The notes under the pieces are model-generated. The model worked only from the letters and a program-made list of their open reading frames with translations. It was not told the origin of the DNA and made no database searches. The position numbers and the translations under genes were made by a program. Of a stretch of DNA of 64,000 nt, positions 39,484 to 53,633 are shown piece after piece; positions within the stretch are counted from its first letter, which is position 1; every line of letters starts with the position of its first letter. Location of the stretch: contig CP086569.2 in NCBI GenBank assembly GCA_009914755.4, positions 28,800,001 to 28,864,000 of the forward strand. The letters are read 5' to 3'. Origin of the DNA: the human T2T-CHM13v2.0 reference genome, Homo sapiens.

Positions 39484-42400
39484 TTGCATTGCATTCCATT
39501 CCGTTTGATTCCAGTCCATTCAAGAAAGTTCCATTCCAGTCCATTGCTTTCCAGTCCATTCCATTCCACTCTAGTCTATTCCACTCCATTCCTTTCCATT
39601 CCATTCCATAATATTCCATTCCATTCCTTTGCTTTCCGTTTCCAATCTATTCGAGTCCATTGCATTCCAGTCCAATCCATTCGATTACATTCCTTTTGAT
39701 TCCCTGCCAGTCGATTGCATTGCATACTAGACCATTCCAAACGAGTCCATTCCATTCTATTTCAACACTTTCCATTCCACTCTGTTCGAGTCCATTCCAT
39801 TCCAGTCCATTTAATTCAAGGGCATTCCATTCCATTCCATTCCATTTCATATTATTCCATTCCATTCAATTCCATTCCAGATGATTCCATTCCATTCTAT
39901 ACCATTGCTCTCTGTTCCATTCCATTCCATCTGTCTCCATTCCTTTCGTTTCGATTCCTTTCCATTCCATTCCATTACATTTGATCCTATTTTATTAAAT
40001 TGCATTCTATTCGAGTGATTTCCATTCGAGTCCTTTCCATTCGATTCCATTCCATTCTATTCCATTCCTTTGGATTCCATTCCATTCCGTTCCGTTCACA
40101 TCCATTCCTTGTGATTCCATTACATTCGATTTCTTGCCATTCGATTCCATTCCTTTTGACTCCATTTCATTCGATTCCATTCCATTCCATTAATTTCCAT
40201 TCCATTCGTGACCTTTACATTGCAGTCTTTTCCCTTCGAGTCCATTCCGTTCGATTCCCTTCCATTCGATTCCATTCCATTGGAGTCCGTACCAGTCGAG
40301 TCCATTCTATTCCAGTCCATTAGTGTCGACTCCATTGCATTCGAGTGCATTCCATTCCGTGGCTGTCCATTCCATTCCGTTTGATGCCATTCCATACGAT
40401 TCCATTCAATTCGAGACCATTCTATTCCTGTCCATTCCGTGTGGTTCGATTCCATTTCACTATAGTCCATTCCATTCCATTGAATTCCATACGACTCTAT
40501 TCCGTTCCATTCAATTCCATTCCTTTCGATTCCATTTTTTTGGAGAACCTTCCATTACACTCCCTTCCATTCCAGTGCATTCCATTCCAGTCTCTTCAGT
40601 TCGATTCCATTCCATTCGTTTCTATTCCATTCCATTCCAGCCCATTCCATTCCATTCCATTCCTTTCCTTTCCGTTTCATTAGATTCCATTGCATTCGAT
40701 TCCATTCAATTCAATTCCGTGCTATTCAATTTGATTCATTTCCATTTAATTCCATTGCATTAGATTCCATTCCGTTCGATTCCATTCCTTTCGAATCCAT
40801 TCCATTGGAGTCCATTCACTTCCAGAACATTCCATTCCAGTCGAATCCATTCGAGTAGATTCCATTAATGTTCATTACATTCTACTACATTCCATTCCAT
40901 TGCATTCCATTCCATTCCGTTCGATGCCATTCGATTCCACTCCATGCCAAATCATTGCATTCCTTTCCACTCCGTTCCTATCAATTCAATTCCATTCGAT
41001 TTAGTTCGATTCTATTCACTTCCATTCCATCCGATTCCATTCCATTGGAGTCAATTCCTTTCGACACCCAGCCTTTCCAGTCAATGATTTTGGATTCCAT
41101 TTTTTTGCATTCCATTACATTCTATGACATTCGATTCCGTTTCATTGCATTCCATTCCATACATTTTTATTCCATTCGAGACCGTAGCATTCCACTTTAT
41201 TCCAGGCCTGTCCATTGCACTACATTCCCTTCCATTCCAATGAATTCCATTCCATTCCAATCCATTCCTTTCCTTTCGCTTGTATTCCATTCTATTCTCT
41301 TCTACTGCATACAATTTCACTCCATTCGTTCCCATTCCATTCAATTCCATTCCATTCAATTCCATTCCATTTGTTTCCATTCTCTTCAATTCCATTTCTT
41401 TATATTCCATGCCATTCGATTCCATTCTATTGGATTGCATTACATTCGTGTTCATTCCATTCCAGACCATTCCATTTGACTCCATTCCTTTCGAGCCCTT
41501 TCAATTTGAGTCCATTCTTTTCCAGTCCATTTCACTCCAGTCCATTACTATCCATTCCATACCATTCCATCCCATTCCATTCCATTCCATTCAATTCCAT
41601 TGCATTCCATTCCATTCCATTCCATTGCACTGCACTCCATTCCATTACATTCTACTCTCTTTGAGTCGATTTTATTGCTTTAGATTCTATTCCATTGGAT
41701 TACTATCCATTCGATTACATTCCATTCATGTACATTCCATTCCAGTCAATTACATTCGTGTTCATTACATTACATTCCAGTATATTCCATTTTATTCGGT
41801 CCCATTCCTTTCAATTCCATTTCATTCGACTCCATCATATTCCATTCCATTCCACTCGAATCCATTCCATTAGAGGACATTCCATTCCAATGCATTCCAT
41901 TCCATTCCATAGCATTCCATTGCATTCGATTCCATTCCATTTGATGCCATTCCATTTGATGCCATTCCATGACATTCCATTCCATTCGAGTCCATTCCGT
42001 TCCAATTCATTCCATTCCGTTTCATGAAATTCGAGTCCTTTCCAGTACATTTCATTCCAATCACATCCAATCCAATCTACTCCATTCAATTCCTTTCCAT
42101 TCCATTTGATTATTTTCCATTGATTTGATTCCATTCAGTTTGATTCCATTCCGTGAAATTTCGTTCCATTCTATTCCATTGCATTACTTTCCATTCAATT
42201 CCATTCCATTTCATTTCAGTCCATTCGCTTACTTTCCTTTCGATTCAATTCCATTTGATTCCACTCCATTCTATGTGATTTCATTCCAATCGATTCAATT
42301 CCATTCGATGACATTCCTTTCGTTTCCATTCCATTCGAGTCCATTTAATTTGAGCATTCGTGTCCATTCTATTCGAGTCCATTCCATTACCGTCTATTCT

Positions 42401-43032
42401 ACTCCCTTCCATTCCTGTTGATTCAATTTCATTCCCTTCCATTCGATTCCTTTCCATTCGATTCCATTCCTTTCCATTCCATTCCATTCGTTCCCATTCC
42501 ATGTGATTTCATTCCATTCCAGTCCATTATATTCGAGTCCACTCCACTCCATTCTATTACATTCAATTCCTTTTGAGTCCGTTCCATAACACTCCATTCA
42601 TTTCGAATCCATTTCTTGCCAGTTTTCTTCCATTTTATTCCATTCCGTTCGATTCCATTCCATTCCATTCGATTGCATTCCATTCGAATCCTTTCCATTC
42701 CATTTCATTCCATTCCTTTCTATTCCATTCCATTTCATTCGATTTGATTCCATTCTGTTCTATTCCATTCAATTCTTTTTCATTCCATTCGAATCCTTTC
42801 TATTGCAGTCCATTCCATTCGAGTCCATTCCAATCCCTTCCATTCCATTCCATTACAGTCCATTCCAATAGATTCCATTCCTTTGCCTTCCATTCGAATC
42901 CATTCCATTCTAGTCCATTCCATTTGAGTCAATTCTATTCCATTCCATTCTATTCCTTTCCAATCCATTCGATTCCATTCGATTCAATTCCATTTGATTC
43001 TCTTTCATTCTATTTTATTCCATGCCATTTGA
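39484..43032. repeat. Array 2 HOR unit v4 (3549 bp, insert subtype X', Z-like in its distal half).
   Basis: Peptide at 40868 is X-like at its start and Z-like (Q, V) at its end. M-type 134-aa peptide at 41081. Confidence 0.7.
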
Positions 43033-46000
43033 TTGCATTGCATTGCATTCCGTTTGATTCCAGTCCATTCAAGAAAGTTCCATTCCAGTCCATTGCTTAC
43101 GAGTCCATTCCATTCCACTCTAGTCTATTCCACTCCATTCCTTTCCATTCCATTCCATACTATTCCATTCCATTCCTTTGCTTTCCGTTTCTAATCTATT
43201 CGAGTCCATTGCATTCCAGTCCAATCCATTCGATTACATGCCTTTTGATTCCCTGCCAGTCGATTGCATTGCATACTAGACCATTCCAAACGAGTCCATT
43301 CCATTCTATTTCAACACTTTCCATTCCACTCTGTTCGAGTCCATTCCATTCCAGTCCATTTAATTCAAGAGCATTCCATTCCATTCCATTCCATTTCATA
43401 TTATTCCATTCCATTCAATTCCATTCCAGATGATTCCATTCCATTCTATACCATTGCTCTCTGTTCCATTCCATTCCATCTGTCTCCATTCCTTTCGTTT
43501 CGATTCCTTTCCATTCCATTCCATTACATTTCATCCTATTTTATTAAATTGCATTCTATTCGAGTGATTTCCATTCGAGTCCTTTCCATTCGATTCCATT
43601 CCATTCTATTCCATTCCTTTGGATTCCATTCCATTCCGTTCCGTTCACATCAATTCCTTGTGATTCCATTACATTCGATTTCTTGCCATTCGATTCCATT
43701 CCTTTTGACTCCATTTCATTCGATTCCATTCCATTCCATTAATTTCCATTCCATTCGAGACCTTTCCATTGCAGTCTTTTCCCTTCGAGTCCATTCCGTT
43801 CGATTCCCTTCCATTCGATTCCATTCCATTGGAGTCCGTACCAGTCGAGTCCATTCTATTCCAGTCCATTAGTTTCGACTCCATTGCATTCGAGTGCATT
43901 CCATTCCGTGGCTGTCCATTCCATTCCGTTTGATGCCATTCCATACGATTCCATTCAATTCGAGACCATTCTATTCCTGTCCATTCCTTGTGGTTCGATT
44001 CCATTTCACTCTAGTCCATTCCATTCCATTGAATTCCATACGACTCTATTCCGTTCCATTCAATTCCATTCCTTTCGATTCCATTTTTTTGGAGAACCTT
44101 CCATTACACTCCCTTCCATTCCAGTGCATTCCATTCCAGTCTCTTCAGTTCGATTCCATTCCATTCGTTTCGATTCCATTCCATTCCAGCCCATTCCATT
44201 CCATTCCATTCCTTTCCTTTCCGTTTCATTAGATTCCATTGCATTCGACTCCATTCAATTCAATTCCGTGCTATTCAATTTGATTCATTTCCATTTAATT
44301 CCATTGCATTAGATTCCATTCCGTTCGATTCCATTCCTTTCGAATCCATTCCATTGGAGTCCATTCACTTCCAGAACATTCCATTCCAGTCGAATCCATT
44401 CGAGTAGATTCCATTAATGTTCATTACATTCTACTACATTCCATTCCATTGCATTCCATTCCATTCCGTTCGATGCCATTCGATTCCACTCCATGCCAAA
44501 TCATTGCATTCCTTTCCACTCCGTTCCTATCAATTCAATTCCATTCGATTTAGTTCGATTCTATTCACTTCCATTCCATCCGATTCCATTCCATTGGAGT
44601 CAATTCCTTTCGACACCCAGCCTTTCCAGTCAATGATTTTGGATTCCATTTTTTTGCATTCCATTACATTCTATGACATTCGATTCCGTTTCATTGCATT
44701 CCATTCCATACATTTTTATTCCATTCGAGACCGTAGCATTCCACTTTATTCCAGGCCTGTCCATTGCACTACATTCCCTTCCATTCCAATGAATTCCATT
44801 CCATTCCAATCCATTCCTTTCCTTTCGCTTGTATTCCATTCTATTCTCTTCTACTGCATACAATTTCACTCCATTCGTTCCCATTCCATTCAATTCCATT
44901 CCATTCAATTCCATTCCATTTGTTTCCATTCTCTTCGATTCCATTTCTTTATATTCCATGCCATTCGATTCCATTCTATTGGATTGCATTACATTCGTAT
45001 TCACTCCATTCCAGACCATTCCATTTGACTCCATTCCTTTCGAGCCCTTTCAACTTAAGTCCATTCCTTTCCAGTCCATTTCACTCCAGTCCATTACTGT
45101 CCATTCCATACCATTCCATCCCATTCCATTCCATTCCATTGCATTCCATTCCATTCCGTTCCATTGCACTGTACTCCATTCCATTACATTCTACTCCATT
45201 TGAGTCGATTTTATTGCATTAGATTCTATTCCATTGGATTGCTTTCCATTCGATTACATTCCATTCATGTACATTCCATTCCAGTCAATTACATTCGAGT
45301 TCATTACATTACATTCCAGTATATTCCATTGTATTCGGTCCCATTCCTTTCAATTCCATTTCATTAGACTCCATTATATTCGATTCCATTCCACTCGAAT
45401 ACATTCCATTAGAGGACATTCCATTCCAATGCATTCCATTCCATTTCATAGCATTCCATCGCATTCGATTCCATTCCATTTGATGCCATTCCATGACATT
45501 CCATTCCATTCGAGTCCATTCCGTTCCAATTCATTCCATTCCGTTTCATGAAATTCGAGTCCTTTCCAGTACATTTCATTCCAATCACATCCAATCCAAT
45601 CTACTCCATTCAATTCCTTTCCATTCCATTTGATTATTTTCCATTGATTTGATTCCATTCAGTTTGATTCCATTCCGTGAAATTTCGTTCCATTCTATTC
45701 CATTGCATTACTTTCCATTCAATTCCATTCCATTTCATTTCAGTCCATTCGCTTACTTTCCTTTCGATTCAATTCCATTTGATTCCACTCCATTCTATGT
45801 GATTTCATTCCAATCGATTCAATTCCATTCGATGACATTCCTTTCGTTTCCATTCCATTCGAGTCCATTTAATTTGAGCATTCGTGTCCATTCTATTCGA
45901 GTCCATTCCATTACCGTCTATTCTACTCCCTTCCATTCCTGTTGATTCAATTTCATTCCCTTCCATTCGATTCCTTTCCATTCGATTCCATTCCTTTCCA

Positions 46001-46566
46001 TTCCATTCCATTCGTTCCCATTCCATGTGATTTCATTCCATTCCAGTCCATTATATTCGAGTCCACTCCACTCCATTCTATTACATTCAATTCCTTTTGA
46101 GTCCGTTCCATAACACTCCATTCATTTCGAATCCATTTCTTGCCAGTTTTCTTCCATTTTATTCCATTCCGTTCGATTCCATTCCATTCGATTGCATTCC
46201 ATTCGATTGCATTCCATTCGAATCCTTTCCATTCCATTTCATTCCATTCCTTTCTATTCCATTCCATTTCATTCGATTTGATTCCATTCTGTTCTATTCC
46301 ATTCAATTCTTTTTCATTCCATTCGAATCCTTTCTATTGCAGTCCATTCCATTCGAGTCCATTCCAATCCCTTCCATTCCATTCCATTACAGTCCATTCC
46401 AATAGATTCCATTCCTTTGCCTTCCATTCGAATCCATTCCATTCTAGTCCATTCCATTTGAGTCAATTCCATTCCATTCCATTCTATTCCTTTCCAATCC
46501 ATTCGATTCCATTCGATTCAATTCCATTTGATTCTCTTTCATTCTATTTTTTTCCATGCCATTTCA
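43033..46566. repeat. Array 2 HOR unit v5 (3534 bp, subtype X).
   Basis: Peptides at 44417 and 44630 are near-identical to those of v1. Confidence 0.75.
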
Positions 46567-49500
46567 TTGCATTGCATTGCATTCCGTTTGATTCCAGTCC
46601 ATTCAAGAAAGTTCCATTCCAGTCCATTGCTTACGAGTCCATTCCATTCCACTCTAGTCTATTCCACTCCATTCCTTTCCATTCCATTCCATACTATTCC
46701 ATTCCATTCCTTTGCTTTCCGTTTCTAATCTATTCGAGTCCATTGCATTCCAGTCCAATCCATTCGATTACATGCCTTTTGATTCCCTGCCAGTCGATTG
46801 CATTGCATACTAGACCATTCCAAACGAGTCCATTCCATTCTATTTCAACAATTTCCATTCCACTCTGTTCGAGTCCATTCCATTCCAGTCCATTTAATTC
46901 AAGGGCATTCCATTCCATTCCATTCCATTTCATATTATTCCATTCCATTCAATTCCATTCCAGATGATTCCATTCCATTCTATACCATTGCTCTCTGTTC
47001 CATTCCATTCCATCTGTCTCCATTCCTTTCGTTTCGATTCCTTTCCATTCCATTCCATTACATTTGATCCTATTTTATTAAATTGCATTCTATTCGAGTG
47101 ATTTCCATTCGAGTCCTTTCCATTCGATTCCATTCCATTCTATTCCATTCCTTTGGATTCCATTCCATTCCGTTCCGTTCACATCCATTCCTTGTGATTC
47201 CATTACATTCGATTTCTTGCCATTCGATTCCATTCCTTTTGACTCCATTTCATTCGATTCCATTCCATTCCATTAATTTCCATTCCATTCGAGACCTTTA
47301 CATTGCAGTCTTTTCCCTTCGAGTCCATTCCGTTCGATTCCCTTCCATTCGATTCCATTCCATTGGAGTCCGTACCAGTCGAGTCCATTCTATTCCAGTC
47401 CATTAGTGTCGACTCCATTGCATTCGAGTGCATTCCATTCCGTGGCTGTCCATTCCATTCCGTTTGATGCCATTCCATACGATTCCATTCAATTCGAGAC
47501 CATTCTATTCCTGTCCATTCCTTGTGGTTCGATTCCATTTCACTCTAGTCCATTCCATTCCATTGAATTCCATACGACTCTATTCCGTTCCATTCAATTC
47601 CATTCCTTTCGATTCCATTTTTTTGGAGAACTTTCCATTACACTCCCTTCCATTCCAGTGCATTCCATTCCAGTCTCTTCAGTTCGATTCCATTCCATTC
47701 GTTTCGATTCCATTCCATTCCAGCCCATTCCATTCCATTCCATTCCTTTCCTTTCCGTTTCATTAGATTCCATTGCATTCGATTCCATTCAATTCAATTC
47801 CGTGCTATTCAATTTGATTCATTTCCATTTAATTCCATTGCATTAGATTCCATTCCGTTCGATTCCATTCCTTTCGAATCCATTCCATTGGAGTCCATTC
47901 ACTTCCAGAACATTCCATTCCAGTCGAATCCATTCGAGTAGATTCCATTAATGTTCATTACATTCTACTACATTCCATTCCATTGCATTCCATTCCATTC
48001 CGTTCGATGCCATTCGATTCCACTCCATGCCAAATCATTGCATTCCTTTCCACTCCGTTCCTATCAATTCAATTCCATTCGATTTAGTTCGATTCTATTC
48101 ACTTCCATTCCATCCGATTCCATTCCATTGGAGTCAATTCTTTCGACACCCAGCCTTTCCAGTCAATGATTTTGGATTCCATTTTTTTGCATTCCATTAC
48201 ATTCTATGACATTCGATTCCGTTTCATTGCATTCCATTCCATACATTTTTATTCCATTCGAGACCGTAGCATTCCACTTTATTCCAGGCCTGTCCATTGC
48301 ACTACATTCCCTTCCATTCCAATGAATTCCATTCCATTCCAATCCATTCCTTTCCTTTCGCTTGTTTTCCATTCTATTCTCTTCTACTGCATACAATTTC
48401 ACTCCATTCGTTCCCATTCCATTCAATTCCATTCCATTCAATTCCATTCCATTTGTTTCCTTTCTCTTCGATTCCATTTCTTTATATTCCATGCCATTCG
48501 ATTCCATTCTATTGGATTGCATTACATTCGTATTCACTCCATTCCAGACCATTCCATTTGACTCCATTCCTTTCGAGCCCTTTCAACTTAAGTCCATTCC
48601 TTTCCAGTCCATTTCACTCCAGTCCATTACTGTCCATTCCATACGATTCCATCCCATTCCATTCCATTCCATTGCATTCCATTCCATTCCGTTCCATTGC
48701 ACTGTACTCCATTCCATTACATTCTACTCCATTTGAGTCGATTTTATTGCATTAGATTCTATTCCATTGGATTGCTTTCCATTCGATTACATTCCATTCA
48801 TGTACATTCCATTCCAGTCAATTACATTCGAGTTCATTACATTACATTCCAGTATATTCCATTGTATTCGGTCCCATTCCTTTCAATTCCATTTCATTAG
48901 ACTCCATTATATTCGATTCCATTCCACTCGAATACATTCCATTAGAGGACATTCCATTCCAATGCATTCCATTCCATTTCATAGCATTCCATCGCATTCG
49001 ATTCCATTCCATTTGATGCCATTCCATGACATTCCATTCCATTCGAGTCCATTCCGTTCCAATTCATTCCATTCCGTTTCATGAAATTCGAGTCCTTTCC
49101 AGTACATTTCATTCCAATCACATCCAATCCAATCTACTCCATTCAATTCCTTTCCATTCCATTTGATTATTTTCCATTGATTTGATTCCATTCAGTTTGA
49201 TTCCATTCCGTGAAATTTCGTTCCATTCTATTCCATTGCATTACTTTCCATTCAATTCCATTCCATTTCATTTCAGTCCATTCGCTTACTTTCCTTTCGA
49301 TTCAATTCCATTTGATTCCACTCCATTCTATGTGATTTCATTCCAATCGATTCAATTCCATTCGATGACATTCCTTTCGTTTCCATTCCATTCGAGTCCA
49401 TTTAATTTGAGCATTCGTGTCCATTCTATTCGAGTCCATTCCATTACCGTCTATTCTACTCCCTTCCATTCCTGTTGATTCAATTTCATTCCCTTCCATT

Positions 49501-50099
49501 CGATTCCTTTCCATTCGATTCCATTCCTTTCCATTCCATTCCATTCGTTCCCATTCCATGTGATTTCATTCCATTCCAGTCCATTATATTCGAGTCCACT
49601 CCACTCCATTCTATTACATTCAATTCCTTTTGAGTCCGTTCCATAACACTCCATTCATTTCGAATCCATTTCTTGCCAGTTTTCTTCCATTTTATTCCAT
49701 TCCGTTCGATTCCATTCCATTCGATTGCATTCCATTCGATTGCATTCCATTCGAATCCTTTCCATTCCATTTCATTCCATTCCTTTCTATTCCATTCCAT
49801 TTCATTCGATTTGATTCCATTCTGTTCTATTCCATTCAATTCTTTTTCATTCCATTCGAATCCTTTCTATTGCAGTCCATTCCATTCGAGTCCATTCCAA
49901 TCCCTTCCATTCCATTCCATTACAGTCCATTCCAATAGATTCCATTCCTTTGCCTTCCATTCGAATCCATTCCATTCTAGTCCATTCCATTTGAGTCAAT
50001 TCTATTCCATTCCATTCTATTCCTTTCCAATCCATTCGATTCCATTCGATTCAATTCCATTTGATTCTCTTTCATTCTATTTTATTCCATGCCATTTGA
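46567..50099. repeat. Array 2 HOR unit v6 (3533 bp, subtype Y).
   Basis: 72-aa truncated insert peptide at 47951, identical to those at 33808 and 55018. Confidence 0.75.
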
Positions 50100-53000
50100 T
50101 TGCATTGCATTGCATTCCGTTTGATTCCAGTCCATTCAAGAAAGTTCCATTCCAGTCCATTGCTTACGAGTCCATTCCATTCCACTCTAGTCTATTCCAC
50201 TCCATTCCTTTCCATTCCATTCCATACTATTCCATTCCATTCCTTTGCTTTCCGTTTCTAATCTATTCGAGTCCATTGCATTCCAGTCCAATCCATTCGA
50301 TTACATGCCTTTTGATTCCCTGCCAGTCGATTGCATTGCATACTAGACCATTCCAAACGAGTCCATTCCATTCTATTTCAACACTTTCCATTCCACTCTG
50401 TTCGAGTCCATTCCATTCCAGTCCATTTAATTCAAGAGCATTCCATTCCATTCCATTCCATTTCATATTATTCCATTCCATTCAATTCCATTCCAGATGA
50501 TTCCATTCCATTCTATACCATTGCTCTCTGTTCCATTCCATTCCATCTGTCTCCATTCCTTTCGTTTCGATTCCTTTCCATTCCATTCCATTACATTTGA
50601 TCCTATTTTATTAAATTGCTTTCTATTCGAGTGATTTCCATTCGAGTCCTTTCCATTCGATTCCATTCCATTCTATTCCATTCCTTTGGATTCCATTCCA
50701 TTCCGTTCCGTTCACATCAATTCCTTGTGATTCCATTACATTCGATTTCTTGCCATTCGATTCCATTCCTTTTGACTCCATTTCATTCGATTCCATTCCA
50801 TTCCATTAATTTCCATTCCATTCGAGACCTTTCCATTGCAGTCTTTTCCCTTCGAGTCCATTCCGTTCGATTCCCTTCCATTCGATTCCATTCCATTGGA
50901 GTCCGTACCAGTCGAGTCCATTCTATTCCAGTCCATTAGTGTCGACTCCATTGCATTCGAGTGCATTCCATTCCGTGGCTGTCCATTCCATTCCGTTTGA
51001 TGCCATTCCATACGATTCCATTCAATTCGAGACCATTCTATTCCTGTCCATTCCTTGTGGTTCGATTCCATTTCACTATAGTCCATTCCATTCCATTGAA
51101 TTCCATACGACTCTATTCCGTTCCATTCAATTCCATTCCTTTCGATTCCATTTTTTTGGAGAACCTTCCATTACACTCCCTTCCATTCCAGTGCATTCCA
51201 TTCCAGTCTCTTCAGTTCGATTCCATTCCATTCGTTTCGATTCCATTCCATTCCAGCCCATTCCATTCCATTCCATTCCTTTCCTTTCCGTTTCATTAGA
51301 TTCCATTGCATTCGATTCCATTCAATTCAATTCCGTGCTATTCAATTTGATTCATTTCCATTTAATTCCATTGCATTAGATTCCATTCCGTTCGATTCCA
51401 TTCCTTTCGAATCCATTCCATTGGAGTCCATTCACTTCCAGAACATTCCATTCCAGTCGAATCCATTCGAGTAGATTCCATTAATGTTCATTACATTCTA
51501 CTACATTCCATTCCATTGCATTCCATTCCATTCCGTTCGATGCCATTCGATTCCACTCCATGCCAAATCATTGCATTCCTTTCCACTCCGTTCCTATCAA
51601 TTCAATTCCATTCGATTTAGTTCGATTCTATTCACTTCCATTCCATCCGATTCCATTCCATTGGAGTCAATTCCTTTCGACACCCAGCCTTTCCAGTCAA
51701 TGATTTTGGATTCCATTTTTTTGCATTCCATTACATTCTATGACATTCGATTCCGTTTCATTGCATTCCATTCCATACATTTTTATTCCATTCGAGACCG
51801 TAGCATTCCACTTTATTCCAAGCCTGTCCATTGCACTACATTCCCTTCCATTCCAATGAATTCCATTCCATTCCAATCCATTCCTTTCCTTTCGCTTGTA
51901 TTCCATTCTATTCTCTTCTACTGCATACAATTTCACTCCATTCGTTCCCATTCCATTCAATTCCATTCCATTCAATTCCATTCCATTTGTTTCCATTCTC
52001 TTCGATTCCATTTCTTTATATTCAATGCCATTCGATTCCATTCTATTGGATTGCATTACATTCGTATTCACTCCATTCCAGACCATTCCTTTTGACTCCA
52101 TTCCTTTCGAGCCCTTTCAACTTAAGTCCATTCCTTTCCAGTCCATTTCACTCCAGTCCATTACTGTCCATTCCATACCATTCCATCCCATTCCATTCCA
52201 TTCCATTGCATTCCATTCCATTCCGTTCCATTGCACTGTACTCCATTCCATTACATTCTACTCCATTTGAGTCGATTTTATTGCATTAGATTCTATTCCA
52301 TTGGATTGCTTTCCATTCGATTACATTCCATTCATGTACATTCCATTCCAGTCAATTACATTCGAGTTCATTACATTACATTCCAGTATATTCCATTGTA
52401 TTCGGTCCCATTCCTTTCAATTCCATTTCATTAGACTCCATTATATTCGATTCCATTCCACTCGAATACATTCCATTAGAGGACATTCCATTCCAATGCA
52501 TTCCATTCCATTTCATAGCATTCCATCGCATTCGATTCCATTCCATTTGATGCCATTCCATGACATTCCATTCCATTCGAGTCCATTCCGTTCCAATTCA
52601 TTCCATTCCGTTTCATGAAATTCGAGTCCTTTCCAGTACATTTCATTCCAATCACATCCAATCCAATCTACTCCATTCAATTCCTTTCCATTCCATTTGA
52701 TTATTTTCCATTGATTTGATTCCATTCAGTTTGATTCCATTCCGTGAAATTTCGTTCCATTCTATTCCATTGCATTACTTTCCATTCAATTCCATTCCAT
52801 TTCATTTCAGTCCATTCGCTTACTTTCCTTTCGATTCAATTCCATTTGATTCCACTCCATTCTATGTGATTTCATTCCAATCGATTCAATTCCATTCGAT
52901 GACATTCCTTTCGTTTCGATTCCATTCGAGTCCATTCAATTTGAGCATTCGTGTCCATTCTATTCGAGTCCATTCCATTACCGTCTATTCTACTCCCTTC

Positions 53001-53633
53001 CATTCCTGTTGATTCAATTTCATTCCCTTCCATTCGATTCCTTTCCATTCGATTCCATTCCTTTCCATTCCATTCCATTCGTTCCCATTCCATGTGATTT
53101 CATTCCATTCCAGTCCATTATATTCGAGTCCACTCCACTCCATTCTATTACATTCAATTCCTTTTGAGTCCGTTCCATAACACTCCATTCATTTCGAATC
53201 CATTTCTTGCCAGTTTTCTTCCATTTTATTCCATTCCGTTCGATTCCATTCCATTCGATTGCATTCCATTCGATTGCATTCCATTCGAATCCTTTCCATT
53301 CCATTTCATTCCATTCCTTTCTATTCCATTCCATTTCATTCGATTTGATTCCATTCTGTTCTATTCCATTCAATTCTTTTTCATTCCATTCGAATCCTTT
53401 CTATTGCAGTCCATTCCATTCGAGTCCATTCCAATCCCTTCCATTCCATTCCATTACAGTCCATTCCAATAGATTCCATTCCTTTGCCTTCCATTCGACT
53501 CCATTCCATTCTAGTCCATTCCATTTGAGTCAATTCCATTCCATTCCATTCTATTCCTTTCCAATCCATTCGATTCCATTCGATTCAATTCCATTTGATT
53601 CTCTTTCATTCTATTTTATTCCATGCCATTTCA
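50100..53633. repeat. Array 2 HOR unit v7 (3534 bp, subtype X with private variants).
   Basis: Peptide at 51484 (SKPVHC, FIFNAIRF). The GGCC site is mutated to agcc at ~51821. Confidence 0.75.
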